A stretch of DNA of 64,000 nt from Erysipelotrichaceae bacterium (lineage in GTDB: Bacteria; Bacillota_I; Bacilli_A; Erysipelotrichales; Erysipelotrichaceae). Below are positions 39,491 through 50,746 of the stretch, piece after piece. Made by a program: the position numbers and the translations under genes. The DNA lies in assembly GCA_009773735.1 (NCBI GenBank), contig WSYG01000004.1:1932-65931 (forward strand), written 5' to 3'. Below the pieces are notes generated by a model, which ran no database searches, was not told the origin of the DNA, and was given only the letters and a program-made list of their open reading frames with translations. Positions within the stretch are counted from its first letter, which is position 1, and the number at the start of each line of letters is the position of its first letter.

Positions 39491-41041
39491 TCAGGCACTT
39501 TGTTGATAGGACAATTCTTTGAGTCTGTGCTGGATTTCCATCCATAAGATGTGACTACAGGCCCCATAGGTCAACGAATACCCTGCTTTTGATTCAACGA
39601 TACGCGTGATGTAATGATGATTGATCTTTAAGAAATCGACCACTTCTCGATCGTAAACTTGTATCGTAAGGTTAAAAAGACTTGAATTGAATAACTTTAT
39701 GTTTTCTAAACCACCTAAACAAGCCAACAATTCTTCAATCATGCTATCCTTTTCATTGACGGTAACAAAATTAACAGCGAGTCTGCGATAATAATGAGTG
39801 CTCATCGCCAAATAAGCCAAGAATGTCACAATACCTACCAGCAGTAAAACCAAAAGTGATTTCTGTAAAGCAGGGTTACGAACATAGATCATCAAATCAA
39901 ACAAACTGCCAGGGGTTGCCCCTATGACACTTCCTGTATAGGCATATCCGATCTGTACTTTAAGTGACGTAAATAAACCAAACAGGATACCCGTTATCCC
40001 CAAATGGAAGACATACAACAAAGGTGCAGAGAATAACAAGAACAATTCGATCGGCAACAAGGTTCCAAATAAGATCGACGCTAACGCAACAACGACAATA
40101 AAGGCGCGCATTTTAACTTTTTCAATCTTATCGGTATACGCTTGATAAATGGTGATCAAATAAGCCGGCATCGCAAAGATGTTTAAAATATAGTAAGGCG
40201 TAATCAATCTTCCACTACCTAAACTAAATAAACTGCTCTTGATTTGACCTGTCCACATTCCGACATCGCCTAAATGGTAAACACCAAAGGCATCTGACCA
40301 AGAACCACCCAATTCTCCAAACCAAAACAGCTTTCGGACCCACAAATTGAGCCCTAAAACATCACTGATTCGATCTACGATTCCATATACGAATAAATTA
40401 ATGGGGTTATTGAGGTCCCTTGCGACAAAATTGAAAATCGTCATAACAGCTTGAACCACAAAGGGCCATGTAAAGGCAATCAGTATCCCGCCTATGGCCG
40501 AAAAAGCCACACTCCAAAAAATCAATGCGGTTTGTTTGTCAACAAAATTCCACACACTATAGGCAGATCTACCACTAATCATTTTGTTGGCCATTCGGGT
40601 CGTAAAAAATACGATGAGCGAACCTGCTACTCCTGTATAAATTGGGTTAACTGCCAATAATGTATTGTTTCCAAGCGCTGTTGAATCTAAAATAAGACCC
40701 ATTGTAGAGCGAAATACCGTTGAGTTCAACTCTGTAGAATTGATAAACATCGTAAGAATGTGTAAAGTAAAATAACCTACCAAGGCTGCTACCGAAATCA
40801 TAGGGTCATCTTCTCTTCGATTTACAATTCTCATTAAGAAAATCAATGGGAAAGCACCAATGATGGAAGATGCGATATATTTGAGGACCCGAGCACCAGA
40901 ACTAATGGCCTCAAGTGATCCAACCAAGGTTATGAAATTTGGGTTAAGAATCAAGGTGCTTAAGCCAAGCATAATTGTGGCTATAAAAAGAACCTTTATG
41001 GGAAAACTGGTGATCTCAATGTAACTGCGCCATCTTCTCAT
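39491..41041 (-). CDS. Divergent glucose-family PTS EIIC with degenerate EIIB domain
   Basis: Polytopic EIIC-like region (PIELFLLFSAPLLYVFH); C-terminal LGGLENIKL.. EIIB-like segment lacking the CxTRLR motif. Confidence 0.72.
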   Translation of the reverse strand: MRRWRSYIEITSFPIKVLFIATIMLGLSTLILNPNFITLVGSLEAISSGARVLKYIASSIIGAFPLIFLMRIVNRREDDPMISVAALVGYFTLHILTMFINSTELNSTVFRSTMGLILDSTALGNNTLLAVNPIYTGVAGSLIVFFTTRMANKMISGRSAYSVWNFVDKQTALIFWSVAFSAIGGILIAFTWPFVVQAVMTIFNFVARDLNNPINLFVYGIVDRISDVLGLNLWVRKLFWFGELGGSWSDAFGVYHLGDVGMWTGQIKSSLFSLGSGRLITPYYILNIFAMPAYLITIYQAYTDKIEKVKMRAFIVVVALASILFGTLLPIELFLLFSAPLLYVFHLGITGILFGLFTSLKVQIGYAYTGSVIGATPGSLFDLMIYVRNPALQKSLLVLLLVGIVTFLAYLAMSTHYYRRLAVNFVTVNEKDSMIEELLACLGGLENIKLFNSSLFNLTIQVYDREVVDFLKINHHYITRIVESKAGYSLTYGACSHILWMEIQHRLKELSYQQSA

Positions 41042-41072
41042 AGGAATACCTCCTTTCTATGATAACATTATA

Positions 41073-42293
41073 GTGTCAACTGTTCAACGAAAGACAAACA
41101 TGCCCAAAAAACTACAGCGACCCAGTAAAATAGCTTTCCATCCTGACTATATCCTAATAATCTTACTAAGTACTTTAAGTGTGCTTAGTCTTTTAGCCAT
41201 ATATGGTTCTTTGCCTTTGCTATCAACAGGGCGTAGTGGTTTCGACTTGATCATCAAACAGATTCTTTGGATCATCATTGCGATAATTATGCTGGTAGGA
41301 TTGATCATTTTAGGTGTAGATCGCTTATTTACATCGATTAAGATCATATATTGGGTATTGTTTGGGTTGTTGGTCCTTTTATTGGTTGATAAATATATGA
41401 TCGATTTACCCTTGATTTCACCAGTCAATGGAACAACTGCCTGGATTACTTTACCTGGTTTAGGGACCATACAGCCCAGTGAATTCATGAAGATTGCTTT
41501 GCTTATTTTATGTGCCAACATCATTCATGAACATAATCAAAGCAAAGTTACTGCTACTTTTACCGATGACATCAAACTTTTTGCTAAAATTGCTCTCTAT
41601 GTCGTTCCTGCTTTGATTTTGATCGTTGCTCAACCTGATACTGGAATTCCCATCATCATTGCGCTTGGTATTTTAGTCATGTTGGCAGTCAGTGGGATAC
41701 GTAAAGAGTGGATTTTTTATAGCGGTTTGTTTTTAATCATGAGTGTCAGTTTATTTCTATTCCTGTTCTTTAATTTTGAAGCAGTTTTGATCAATATCGT
41801 TGGGGCTTCTTATCGGCTCAATCGTTTATATGGTTGGTTACATACTGAACAATATATTTCATCTTATGGACTTCAGCTTTATCAATCGTTATTGGCTGTT
41901 GGATCATCCGGACTTTTCGGTCATGGGTTACAATCCGTCGTCATCAATATGATCGAACCTCAAAATGACTTCATTTTTGCGGTATTTGCTCAAGATTTTG
42001 GCTTTATTGGGGCTAGTTTCCTGATTCTTATACAATTGCTATTGGATCTTAAAATCATTTCGATTGCCATGAAATTTAAAGGCCGACGTGAAAAATATCT
42101 GATTGCTGGTGTCATTGGAATGCTGTTGTTTCAACAATTTCAAAACATGGGAATGATTATTGGGCTCATGCCTATTACAGGTATTACCTTGCCTTTCATT
42201 TCTGCTGGAGGCTCTTCACTATTATCTTATGTACCTGCTTTGGCCGTCTTGTTTGTGATGAGTTCAAACGTTATAAGAAAAAGAACCTTTTAA
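41073..42293 (+). CDS. rodA: SEDS family protein RodA/FtsW
   Basis: NGTTAWI, IQPSEFMK, QPDTG, NDFIFAV, PITGITLPFISAGGSS. Start may be ATG 41100. Confidence 0.9.
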   Translation: MSTVQRKTNMPKKLQRPSKIAFHPDYILIILLSTLSVLSLLAIYGSLPLLSTGRSGFDLIIKQILWIIIAIIMLVGLIILGVDRLFTSIKIIYWVLFGLLVLLLVDKYMIDLPLISPVNGTTAWITLPGLGTIQPSEFMKIALLILCANIIHEHNQSKVTATFTDDIKLFAKIALYVVPALILIVAQPDTGIPIIIALGILVMLAVSGIRKEWIFYSGLFLIMSVSLFLFLFFNFEAVLINIVGASYRLNRLYGWLHTEQYISSYGLQLYQSLLAVGSSGLFGHGLQSVVINMIEPQNDFIFAVFAQDFGFIGASFLILIQLLLDLKIISIAMKFKGRREKYLIAGVIGMLLFQQFQNMGMIIGLMPITGITLPFISAGGSSLLSYVPALAVLFVMSSNVIRKRTF

Positions 42294-43072
42294 AACAGGC
42301 TCTTTAAGCGATCTATGTAGGATTTTTTGTCTCGGATCATCAGTTTTGCTTTTCTTTGGGAATAAGAAACAGTTAACCGAGTTTTTTGATTTAAAGGTAA
42401 GGATAAATAGTCGTAACATAATATAGCTTGATTGAAGTTATCACTTTCTAAGGTGATGATGCTTTTTTCGCTTAGGATCAAAGGCGATCCTAGCGATCTA
42501 TAGGCATGATGATGAATTCCGGTAATCTCTGTCAGCTGCATCGCATTGATGCCTTCATGGATGATGGCACCGCCCAATGAACGATTATATGCGGTAGAAC
42601 CTACTTGAGTGGATACACATAGACCATTTCCTCTGAATGTCTCTAAGCGTTGTCCATTGATGGATACATCCAACAATTGAGTCCTTATGACATTTTCGAT
42701 TCGCATCTCATTGACCGCATAGACGGTTCGACATGTGCCCTCAGTTTCTACACAGACTTCAAGTAAAGGCAATTCGACTAAATTTACAGATGCTTTTTCG
42801 ATATCTTCAATTAGTTCTTCGCATTCGTCACTGGCATAATTGGTTAAGAAACCAAGTGTTCCAGTATGAATCCCAACAAAGAAACAGTTTTGTAGGTGAT
42901 CTTGATGAGTATGGATCGCTCTTAAAAAAGTCCCGTCTCCTCCTACAGAAATGACAACTTCCGGGTTTTCATCGCTGGTCTCCCAACCTTTATTAATAAG
43001 CGAATTTTTAATGTTTTCAACCAACGTTTGGGTTGTTGGATCATCTTTACAGATCAAGGTAAATTTACGCAT
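42290..43072 (-). CDS. nadK: NAD kinase
   Basis: GGDGTFL, GTLGFL, NE, STQVGSTAYNRSLGG. Confidence 0.95.
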   Translation of the reverse strand: MRKFTLICKDDPTTQTLVENIKNSLINKGWETSDENPEVVISVGGDGTFLRAIHTHQDHLQNCFFVGIHTGTLGFLTNYASDECEELIEDIEKASVNLVELPLLEVCVETEGTCRTVYAVNEMRIENVIRTQLLDVSINGQRLETFRGNGLCVSTQVGSTAYNRSLGGAIIHEGINAMQLTEITGIHHHAYRSLGSPLILSEKSIITLESDNFNQAILCYDYLSLPLNQKTRLTVSYSQRKAKLMIRDKKSYIDRLKSLF

Positions 43073-43127
43073 TGTGGCTTCCTTTTAGGCTCTTTCTTAT
43101 TGTATCATAGGAGCATAAGGAAGTCAT

Positions 43128-43682
43128 ATGAAGCAAAACCTCGAAATTGAATACAAGATTTTGATCTCTCACGATCAATACAAACAACTTTCTGAACAGT
43201 TTATCGGTGAAAAAGGTCTACAAACTAATTTTTACTATGATACTTTCGATTATAAACTGCGCCAACAACACATTTCTTGTCGAATCAGAACGATTAATGA
43301 TCAATCAGAACTGACATTTAAAACACCTGGTCCTGTGGGCAAGAATGAGTTCACTTTTGAACATATTGATCCACAATCTGTTTTCACGCAAGCTGATGTT
43401 TTAGCCTTTTTAAGTCAACTTGATGTAAATTCCGCTTTAATTCATCAAGGTACCCTACAAACAGTTCGCACCAATATTCATTTAAATCATGGGCTTTTGT
43501 GTTTGGATGAGAATACTTATAATGGGATTACAGATTATGAGCTTGAATATGAAGTTAATGAGGACGAAAAAAAAGGGTTTGCGGAATTCAATACCCTTTT
43601 AACTGAGATTGATCTTGTTTATATATCTAATTGCGATTCAAAAATCAAGCGTTGTCTGTCGACACAACCACAACTTGAGTAA
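43128..43682 (+). CDS. CYTH domain protein (YjbK-like)
   Basis: EIEYK, QTNFYYDT, RIR, TFK, DYELEYEV. Confidence 0.9.
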   Translation: MKQNLEIEYKILISHDQYKQLSEQFIGEKGLQTNFYYDTFDYKLRQQHISCRIRTINDQSELTFKTPGPVGKNEFTFEHIDPQSVFTQADVLAFLSQLDVNSALIHQGTLQTVRTNIHLNHGLLCLDENTYNGITDYELEYEVNEDEKKGFAEFNTLLTEIDLVYISNCDSKIKRCLSTQPQLE

Positions 43683-44613
43683 GTAGCTCAATCTGATAGG
43701 CTTTTAAGATATCTTCCCATTCTTTGGATGCTTCTAAATCGGTTAGAAGTTTAAAAGATATGCTTTTCCCATTAAAACTAGGAATATCATGAGCTTGTTT
43801 TGAAATGACTTGGAATTTACCCAGGATAAGTAGAAGTTTTTGCGTAAAATCTGTTTTATTTGAGATTAAGGCACTGGTGATCGTTAGATGATCGCCTTCA
43901 AAATAAAATAATTCTTGTTTATGATCATTCAACCAATGCATTTCTGGGTTGTTTTTTTGATGAGTCGTTAATAGACGCAACGCTTTGCGTTGATCTTCAG
44001 GTTTATGATTGTGATCAGGCAGATCATTGATCTTGGTGGTCAAAATATGGCGAATTAAATCTTCTTCAAACACACGATCAGATGGGGCGTTGTTGGAGAC
44101 GATCGAAGTCCAAGAATCTATCCCAACTTCTTTGGCTTTTTTTAAGATACTGGCTGTTGTTTGTGGGTCTTCTTTGTCTAAATACAGATAACTTTCAAGA
44201 TTTGAAGAAATATGCAGTCCTAATTCACTTAAATAAACTGGACTTTGAAAGAAAACAATGTTGGTCAGTTTAACACAACTGAATTGATGAGCCAGGTTTT
44301 TCTCTTTTGACACCTTTAGAATGGCTTCTTTAAGCGCTGCTTCAGATGGGTATCCATTAAGTAGACCATATTGATTCCACATCTGCTTAAAAGATAGTTT
44401 TATGGCTTGCGAATAGCGTCCGTATCCAATCAAGCCTTTTTCTTTCTGCGGGCCTCTTTCAGTCCCTTTAGCTAAGAAAAACAATAAATCACCGGGATGA
44501 AAGTCAGTAAAACGTTTTGAACTGGAGGGTCTCCAAAAGTTGATGGAGGCATTACCGTTCAAACGATGAAATTCGATCATTTTTTTATCGGTGATGTAGG
44601 CGATTGAAGACAT
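43645..44613 (-). CDS. Hypothetical protein with N-terminal PUA/EVE-like domain
   Basis: ITD...INFWRP...PGDLLFF...IGYG...W..YG..NG pattern resembles N-termini of HNH-fused putative restriction enzymes; no HNH motif seen. Confidence 0.5.
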   Translation of the reverse strand: MSSIAYITDKKMIEFHRLNGNASINFWRPSSSKRFTDFHPGDLLFFLAKGTERGPQKEKGLIGYGRYSQAIKLSFKQMWNQYGLLNGYPSEAALKEAILKVSKEKNLAHQFSCVKLTNIVFFQSPVYLSELGLHISSNLESYLYLDKEDPQTTASILKKAKEVGIDSWTSIVSNNAPSDRVFEEDLIRHILTTKINDLPDHNHKPEDQRKALRLLTTHQKNNPEMHWLNDHKQELFYFEGDHLTITSALISNKTDFTQKLLLILGKFQVISKQAHDIPSFNGKSISFKLLTDLEASKEWEDILKAYQIELLTQVVVVSTDNA

Positions 44614-44627
44614 GGTTCTTAGTGGAC

Positions 44628-46292
44628 TTAAAAGAGTCCGGTGATCTTTCCTTGTTGATCGATATCGATATGATATGCTGCCGGGTCTTTTGATAGTCCA
44701 GGCATGGTCATGATGGGTCCTGCGATCGCAACTGCGAATCCAGCACCGACAGATAAGCGAATTTCTCTGATTTTTAAGATAAATCCTGTTGGATCTCCCA
44801 AACGTTTTGGATCATCACTGATCGATGATTGGGTCTTGGCGATACAGACATTGAGTTCATTGAGATTTAAGCGATTAATATCATCGAGTTGTTTCAATGC
44901 GACTTCGCTGTATTCAACAGAAGATGCTCCATAGATCGTTTTTGCGATCTTGGTGATCTTTTGAGATACATGAGCTTTTGGATCAATGATCGAATGATAT
45001 TGATTGGGCAATTTAACCAATTCTAAGACTTTTTGGGCTAAAGTTTCAGCTCCTGCTGAACCATATTCCCATGATTCATTGAGCGCAAAAGGAACTGTAT
45101 TGTTTTCGCACCACTTTTGAACTGCTTCTATCTCGGCTTTCGTATCTGAAGAGAAACGATTGAGCGCGACAACAAACGGTACTCCATAGGTGGACAGGAT
45201 CTGGGTATGTTTCTTTAAGTTTGGTAAGCCTTTTTCTAAAGCATCCAAATTCTCAGTCTTTAGATTTTCATATAATTCGTTGCCGTGTAGTTTAAGTGCA
45301 CGTACAGTCGCAACCAAGACAACAGCTGATGGTTTGAATTGACCGTTAACAGATGTGATGTCCATGAATTTTTGGGCGCCTAAATCACTCCCAAAGCCTG
45401 CTTCAGTTACCACGAAATCAGCTAGTTTTAAAGCCATTCTTGTCGCGATAATCGAATTAGAACCATGGGCGATGTTCGCGAATGGTCCTCCATGAACAAA
45501 CATCGGATTCTTTTCTAAAGTTTGGACTAAATTAGGCTTAATGGCTTCTTTTAATAAGGCAACGATCGATCCAGTGATTCGTAGATCGTTAATGGTAACA
45601 GGATTACCTTCGAGATTGAACGCAACGATGATTCTTCCAATACGATGTTTAAGATCTTCAAGATCCTTTGATAGACATAAGACAGCCATAATTTCAGATG
45701 CGACGGTAATGTTGAAACCATCTTGTCTTTCAATGGCTTTAGGTTCATTCATAGATACACGAATGCTTCTTAAAGCACGATCATTCATATCCATGGCCCG
45801 TTTCCATAAAATCCGTTCAGGATCTAGGTTTAAAGGATTGCCTTGATAAAGTACATTGTCGATAATGGCACTCACCAAGTTGTTGGCTGTGGTTACCGCA
45901 TGTAAATCTCCGGTAAAATGTAAATTGATGTCTTCCATGGGGACAACTTGAGCCATTCCGCCCCCAGTCGCACCACCTTTGACCCCAAAAACAGGTCCCA
46001 AAGATGGTTCTCGCATACATCCAATGGTTTTTTTGTTAAGACGGGATAATCCATCAACCAAACCAACGGTCGTTGTTGATTTACCTTCACCTGCTTTGGT
46101 TGGTGTCATGGCTGTAACCAAGATCAAATGTCCATTGGATAAGGATTCTAATTGGTTATTGATGGATAAATTAACCTTGGCCTTATATTTTCCGTAAAGT
46201 TCAAGATACTTCGTATCGATTTTAGCTTTACTGGCAATAATCTCTATCGGCTCCATCGGAATAGACTGTGCGATTTCAATATCTGTTTTCAT
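44628..46292 (-). CDS. fhs: Formate--tetrahydrofolate ligase
   Basis: TPTKAGEGKST, KGGATGGG, INLHFTGD, HGGPFANIAHG, TEAGFGSDLG. Confidence 0.98.
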   Translation of the reverse strand: MKTDIEIAQSIPMEPIEIIASKAKIDTKYLELYGKYKAKVNLSINNQLESLSNGHLILVTAMTPTKAGEGKSTTTVGLVDGLSRLNKKTIGCMREPSLGPVFGVKGGATGGGMAQVVPMEDINLHFTGDLHAVTTANNLVSAIIDNVLYQGNPLNLDPERILWKRAMDMNDRALRSIRVSMNEPKAIERQDGFNITVASEIMAVLCLSKDLEDLKHRIGRIIVAFNLEGNPVTINDLRITGSIVALLKEAIKPNLVQTLEKNPMFVHGGPFANIAHGSNSIIATRMALKLADFVVTEAGFGSDLGAQKFMDITSVNGQFKPSAVVLVATVRALKLHGNELYENLKTENLDALEKGLPNLKKHTQILSTYGVPFVVALNRFSSDTKAEIEAVQKWCENNTVPFALNESWEYGSAGAETLAQKVLELVKLPNQYHSIIDPKAHVSQKITKIAKTIYGASSVEYSEVALKQLDDINRLNLNELNVCIAKTQSSISDDPKRLGDPTGFILKIREIRLSVGAGFAVAIAGPIMTMPGLSKDPAAYHIDIDQQGKITGLF

Positions 46293-46882
46293 TTTAATTT
46301 CTTTCTGCCTTCCATGGCTTTAATCAAGGTCATATCATCTGCATAATCTACATGCCCACCCATCGGAATCCCATGAGCAAGACGACTTACGGTACAATTC
46401 TGCTTTTCCAGACGTTTAGCGAGATATAATGCAGTCGTTTCTCCATCCATTGTGGGATTGGTCGCAATAATGACTTCAACAACTTCGGGCGTCAATCTAG
46501 GAATCAAAGTCTCAAGGTTGATGTCTTCAGGCAAGATGCCCTTTTGAGTCGATATGACGCCTCCTAAGACATGATAGAGCCCTTTATACTCAGCCATTCT
46601 TTCAAGTGCGGCCACATCTTTGACATCTTGGACCACACAGATGAGACTTTTATCTCGTCTAGGATCGACACAGATGTCGCATTTATCATTTTGAGCCAGA
46701 TTACCGCAGATTGGACAAGGATGTAGAGTCATCTTTGCTTCTAAAATGCTCGTTGAAAAATCCTGAATTTCTTCAGAAGTGTAGTTCAATAAGGCAAAAG
46801 CGTATCTTTCTGCTGTTTTTTGACCAACACCAGGCAATTTTTTCAATTGCTCGATCGCATTTTGTAGAGCTTTAGGATACAT
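46289..46882 (-). CDS. recR: Recombination mediator RecR
   Basis: LPGVGQKTAER, C4 zinc finger CPICGN...CDIC, YHVLGG, Toprim ATNPTMDGETTA. Start moved to ATG 46882. Confidence 0.97.
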   Translation of the reverse strand: MYPKALQNAIEQLKKLPGVGQKTAERYAFALLNYTSEEIQDFSTSILEAKMTLHPCPICGNLAQNDKCDICVDPRRDKSLICVVQDVKDVAALERMAEYKGLYHVLGGVISTQKGILPEDINLETLIPRLTPEVVEVIIATNPTMDGETTALYLAKRLEKQNCTVSRLAHGIPMGGHVDYADDMTLIKAMEGRKKLK

Positions 46883-48692
46883 TAGTGTCATCACCCTCAA
46901 TGGTTACCAAATTACCGTCAAACAAATCCTTGGCTTTCGCTAAAGACTCATGTTCTTTTTTACTAGACTTTGAACTTTTCGGAAAAAACACCAGGTCTTC
47001 TTTTTCAGGTAGTTTTCCATCATTGCGATATTGAACAAACAAGTCTCTGATTCGTTCAAACTCTTTGATGTTTAATGCATATAGTCGAGTTGACCGACCA
47101 AACACTTTTTCAGTTAGGGCTGATATTGGTTCTATATTGGCAAGTTCGTTGACGGTACTGACTTTAAGTTTATTGTCGAAAGTGACCAAATTAAATTGAT
47201 TTCCACTGGCCTGTATAACAGAATCCAAGACCATATTGGCTGCTTTGGCGTAATTTAGATCTCTGGACAGCTCTTTTACAGCGTCCCAAGATTGAGCATC
47301 TTTGATTCTAAGTTGTTTTTCTCCACTTAAGAGCAACTGTAATATGAAATTATCGCTTAATTCCACATTTTTGGCTCGTTTAGTGGGTTTTGTTTCAGGG
47401 ATATCTAAATCCATTGCTAACGTATCACCTTGGACGATGATTTTGGGTTCAATTGGTCTAGGCGTATTTGTAGGTATCTCAATGATCAAAGTATCGGTCG
47501 CTTTAAATTCAGGTTCAGGTTCCTTGATTGTCTTTTTCACTTCAACATTAGGTTCATTTTGAGCTTTTTTCTCAGATTTTGGAGCTTTTTCTGGCATATT
47601 TTCAGTAATTTTTGGCGAATTCAAATGGCCAATCAATTTTAATAAACCAATTTCAAAGTACGACAAGACATCTGAAGCACTTCTGTATTTTTCGGCAGTC
47701 TCCATTAAATCATCGATCATTCTTAATGCTACCACAGGCGAAATCGCATTAAGCGTCTTGGCTTCATCTACAGTCAGCTTCATTAAGAGTTTTGCATCTT
47801 TGGTGTACGCATAAATAACAGATTCTTTTAAGAGTTCCATCAAATCATTGGTCAAACGACGAATATCAATGTTTTTCTGGGTGATAGATTCGATCTCTTC
47901 CATCAATAACGCAACATTCTGGTGTTGAACAGCAGTTAAAAGCTTAAGTTTATCTTGAGTCGTCGCGATTCCATAGATATCGTTGACATGTTGAGCAGTT
48001 AAATTATCTTCACTGTAGGCAATGACTTGTTCTAAGATGCTTAAAGCATCACGAACCCCGCCATCTGACAATTGGCTGATCAAACGGGTTGCTTCATGAT
48101 CGAATTTTATTTTCTCCGTCGTCAATACTTCTTCGACTCTTGATTGAATGTCTTTTTGACTGACTCGGGTAAAGTCATATCTCTGACATCTGGATATGAT
48201 TGTAGGAAGCACTTTATGTGGTTCAGTGGTCGCCAAAATGAAAATAACATGCGAAGGTGGTTCCTCCAAGGTTTTTAATAAGGCATTAAAGGCTCCTTGA
48301 GACAGCATATGAACTTCATCGATGATATAGACTTTATATTTAGCTTGAAGTGGTGCATATTTAACTTTTTCAATCAATTCTCTGATTTGATCAACCCCAT
48401 TATTACTAGCAGCATCAATTTCTATGACATCAGGATGGTTTCCTTGTTGAATCCCAATACAATTTTCACAACGATTGCATGGTGCTTCACTGGGATTCTC
48501 ACAGTTGACAGATTTCGCGACCAATTTAGCAACGGTTGTCTTCCCTGTTCCTCGTGGTCCGCAAAATAAATACGCATGAGAAACCTTATGCTGATTTAAC
48601 GCATTTTGAAGTGTTTTTACGATATGCCTTTGACCGACAACGGTATCGAAAGAATGTGGTCGATAAGTACGATACAACGCTTTATAGCTCAT
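46872..48692 (-). CDS. dnaX: DNA polymerase III subunit gamma/tau
   Basis: YRTYRP, GPRGTGKTT, EIDAASN, IIDEVHML, NALLKTLEEPP, SRC. Confidence 0.98.
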   Translation of the reverse strand: MSYKALYRTYRPHSFDTVVGQRHIVKTLQNALNQHKVSHAYLFCGPRGTGKTTVAKLVAKSVNCENPSEAPCNRCENCIGIQQGNHPDVIEIDAASNNGVDQIRELIEKVKYAPLQAKYKVYIIDEVHMLSQGAFNALLKTLEEPPSHVIFILATTEPHKVLPTIISRCQRYDFTRVSQKDIQSRVEEVLTTEKIKFDHEATRLISQLSDGGVRDALSILEQVIAYSEDNLTAQHVNDIYGIATTQDKLKLLTAVQHQNVALLMEEIESITQKNIDIRRLTNDLMELLKESVIYAYTKDAKLLMKLTVDEAKTLNAISPVVALRMIDDLMETAEKYRSASDVLSYFEIGLLKLIGHLNSPKITENMPEKAPKSEKKAQNEPNVEVKKTIKEPEPEFKATDTLIIEIPTNTPRPIEPKIIVQGDTLAMDLDIPETKPTKRAKNVELSDNFILQLLLSGEKQLRIKDAQSWDAVKELSRDLNYAKAANMVLDSVIQASGNQFNLVTFDNKLKVSTVNELANIEPISALTEKVFGRSTRLYALNIKEFERIRDLFVQYRNDGKLPEKEDLVFFPKSSKSSKKEHESLAKAKDLFDGNLVTIEGDDTNVS

Positions 48693-48751
48693 AAAACCCC
48701 TTAAGTTTCTGTATTCCTATTATACCAAAATGACACCCTTTTTTATAGGGC

Positions 48752-49210
48752 TCATCCTTGTTTTCTCTTGTTTTTAAAGAAGCTTGTTAGGAGTTGTCCG
48801 CATTCTTCTTTCAATATCCCAGAAATCACCCAAGGCTGGTGATTAAATGCTTTAATTTGAGTCAAATCCATCACCGTCCCCATACATCCACCCTTTGGAT
48901 CGGATGCCCCATATACAATTCCGTCTACCCTAGAGAGTATTGTGGCTCCTGTACACATGGCACACGGCTCAAGTGTTACATAAAGAACACAGCCTTCTAA
49001 ACGCCACGACTTAAGTTTTGCACACGCTTTTTCAATTACCAAAAGTTCCGCATGTGCCGTTGCGATTTGTGTGCTTTCCCGCTTGTTGTGAGCTCGTGCT
49101 ACAACTTTACCATCTTTAATGATGATGGCTCCAACAGGTACTTCTTGTTTTGTTTGAGCTTTCAGCGCTTTTACAAGCGCCAATCGCATGAATTTTTCGT
49201 GCTCGTTCAT
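48752..49210 (-). CDS. tadA: tRNA adenosine(34) deaminase
   Basis: EVPVGA, AHAE, TLEPCAMC, DPKGG, FF...R. Confidence 0.95.
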   Translation of the reverse strand: MNEHEKFMRLALVKALKAQTKQEVPVGAIIIKDGKVVARAHNKRESTQIATAHAELLVIEKACAKLKSWRLEGCVLYVTLEPCAMCTGATILSRVDGIVYGASDPKGGCMGTVMDLTQIKAFNHQPWVISGILKEECGQLLTSFFKNKRKQG

Positions 49211-49220
49211 TTAAATAAAA

Positions 49221-49300
49221 GGCTGCCACACATGAAAGAGCCTCTTAAGGCTGCTGTCTTCCGACCCTGACCTGGTTCGAAGGATTCCATTGTGGCAGCA
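49221..49300 (-). ncRNA. ffs: Signal recognition particle RNA, small 4.5S type
   Basis: Terminal stem GCTGCCACA/TGTGGCAGC enclosing GGTCAGGGTCGGAAGACAGCAGCC (helix-8 GGAA tetraloop motif); T run after; promoter TTGAAA(49329-49334)-17-TATAAT(49306-49311); next to tadA/dnaX. Confidence 0.9.
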
Positions 49301-49339
49301 TGTTAATTATACTTAATTTTAAGGCTGATTTCAAACTGA

Positions 49340-50707
<1,368 letters not shown>

Positions 50708-50730
50708 CTAGAACGATACAACCCTCGCTA

Positions 50731-50746
50731 TGTTTCACGTGAAACT
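50731..50746. promoter_or_regulatory. parS centromere site (ParB/Spo0J binding)
   Basis: TGTTTCACGTGAAACT, 1 mismatch to TGTTTCACGTGAAACA; about 11-13 kb from oriC. Confidence 0.88.

Noticed and set aside
46872..48692. Gamma/tau frameshift signal in dnaX
   Set aside because: No clear A AAA AAG plus stimulatory hairpin was seen at the expected position.
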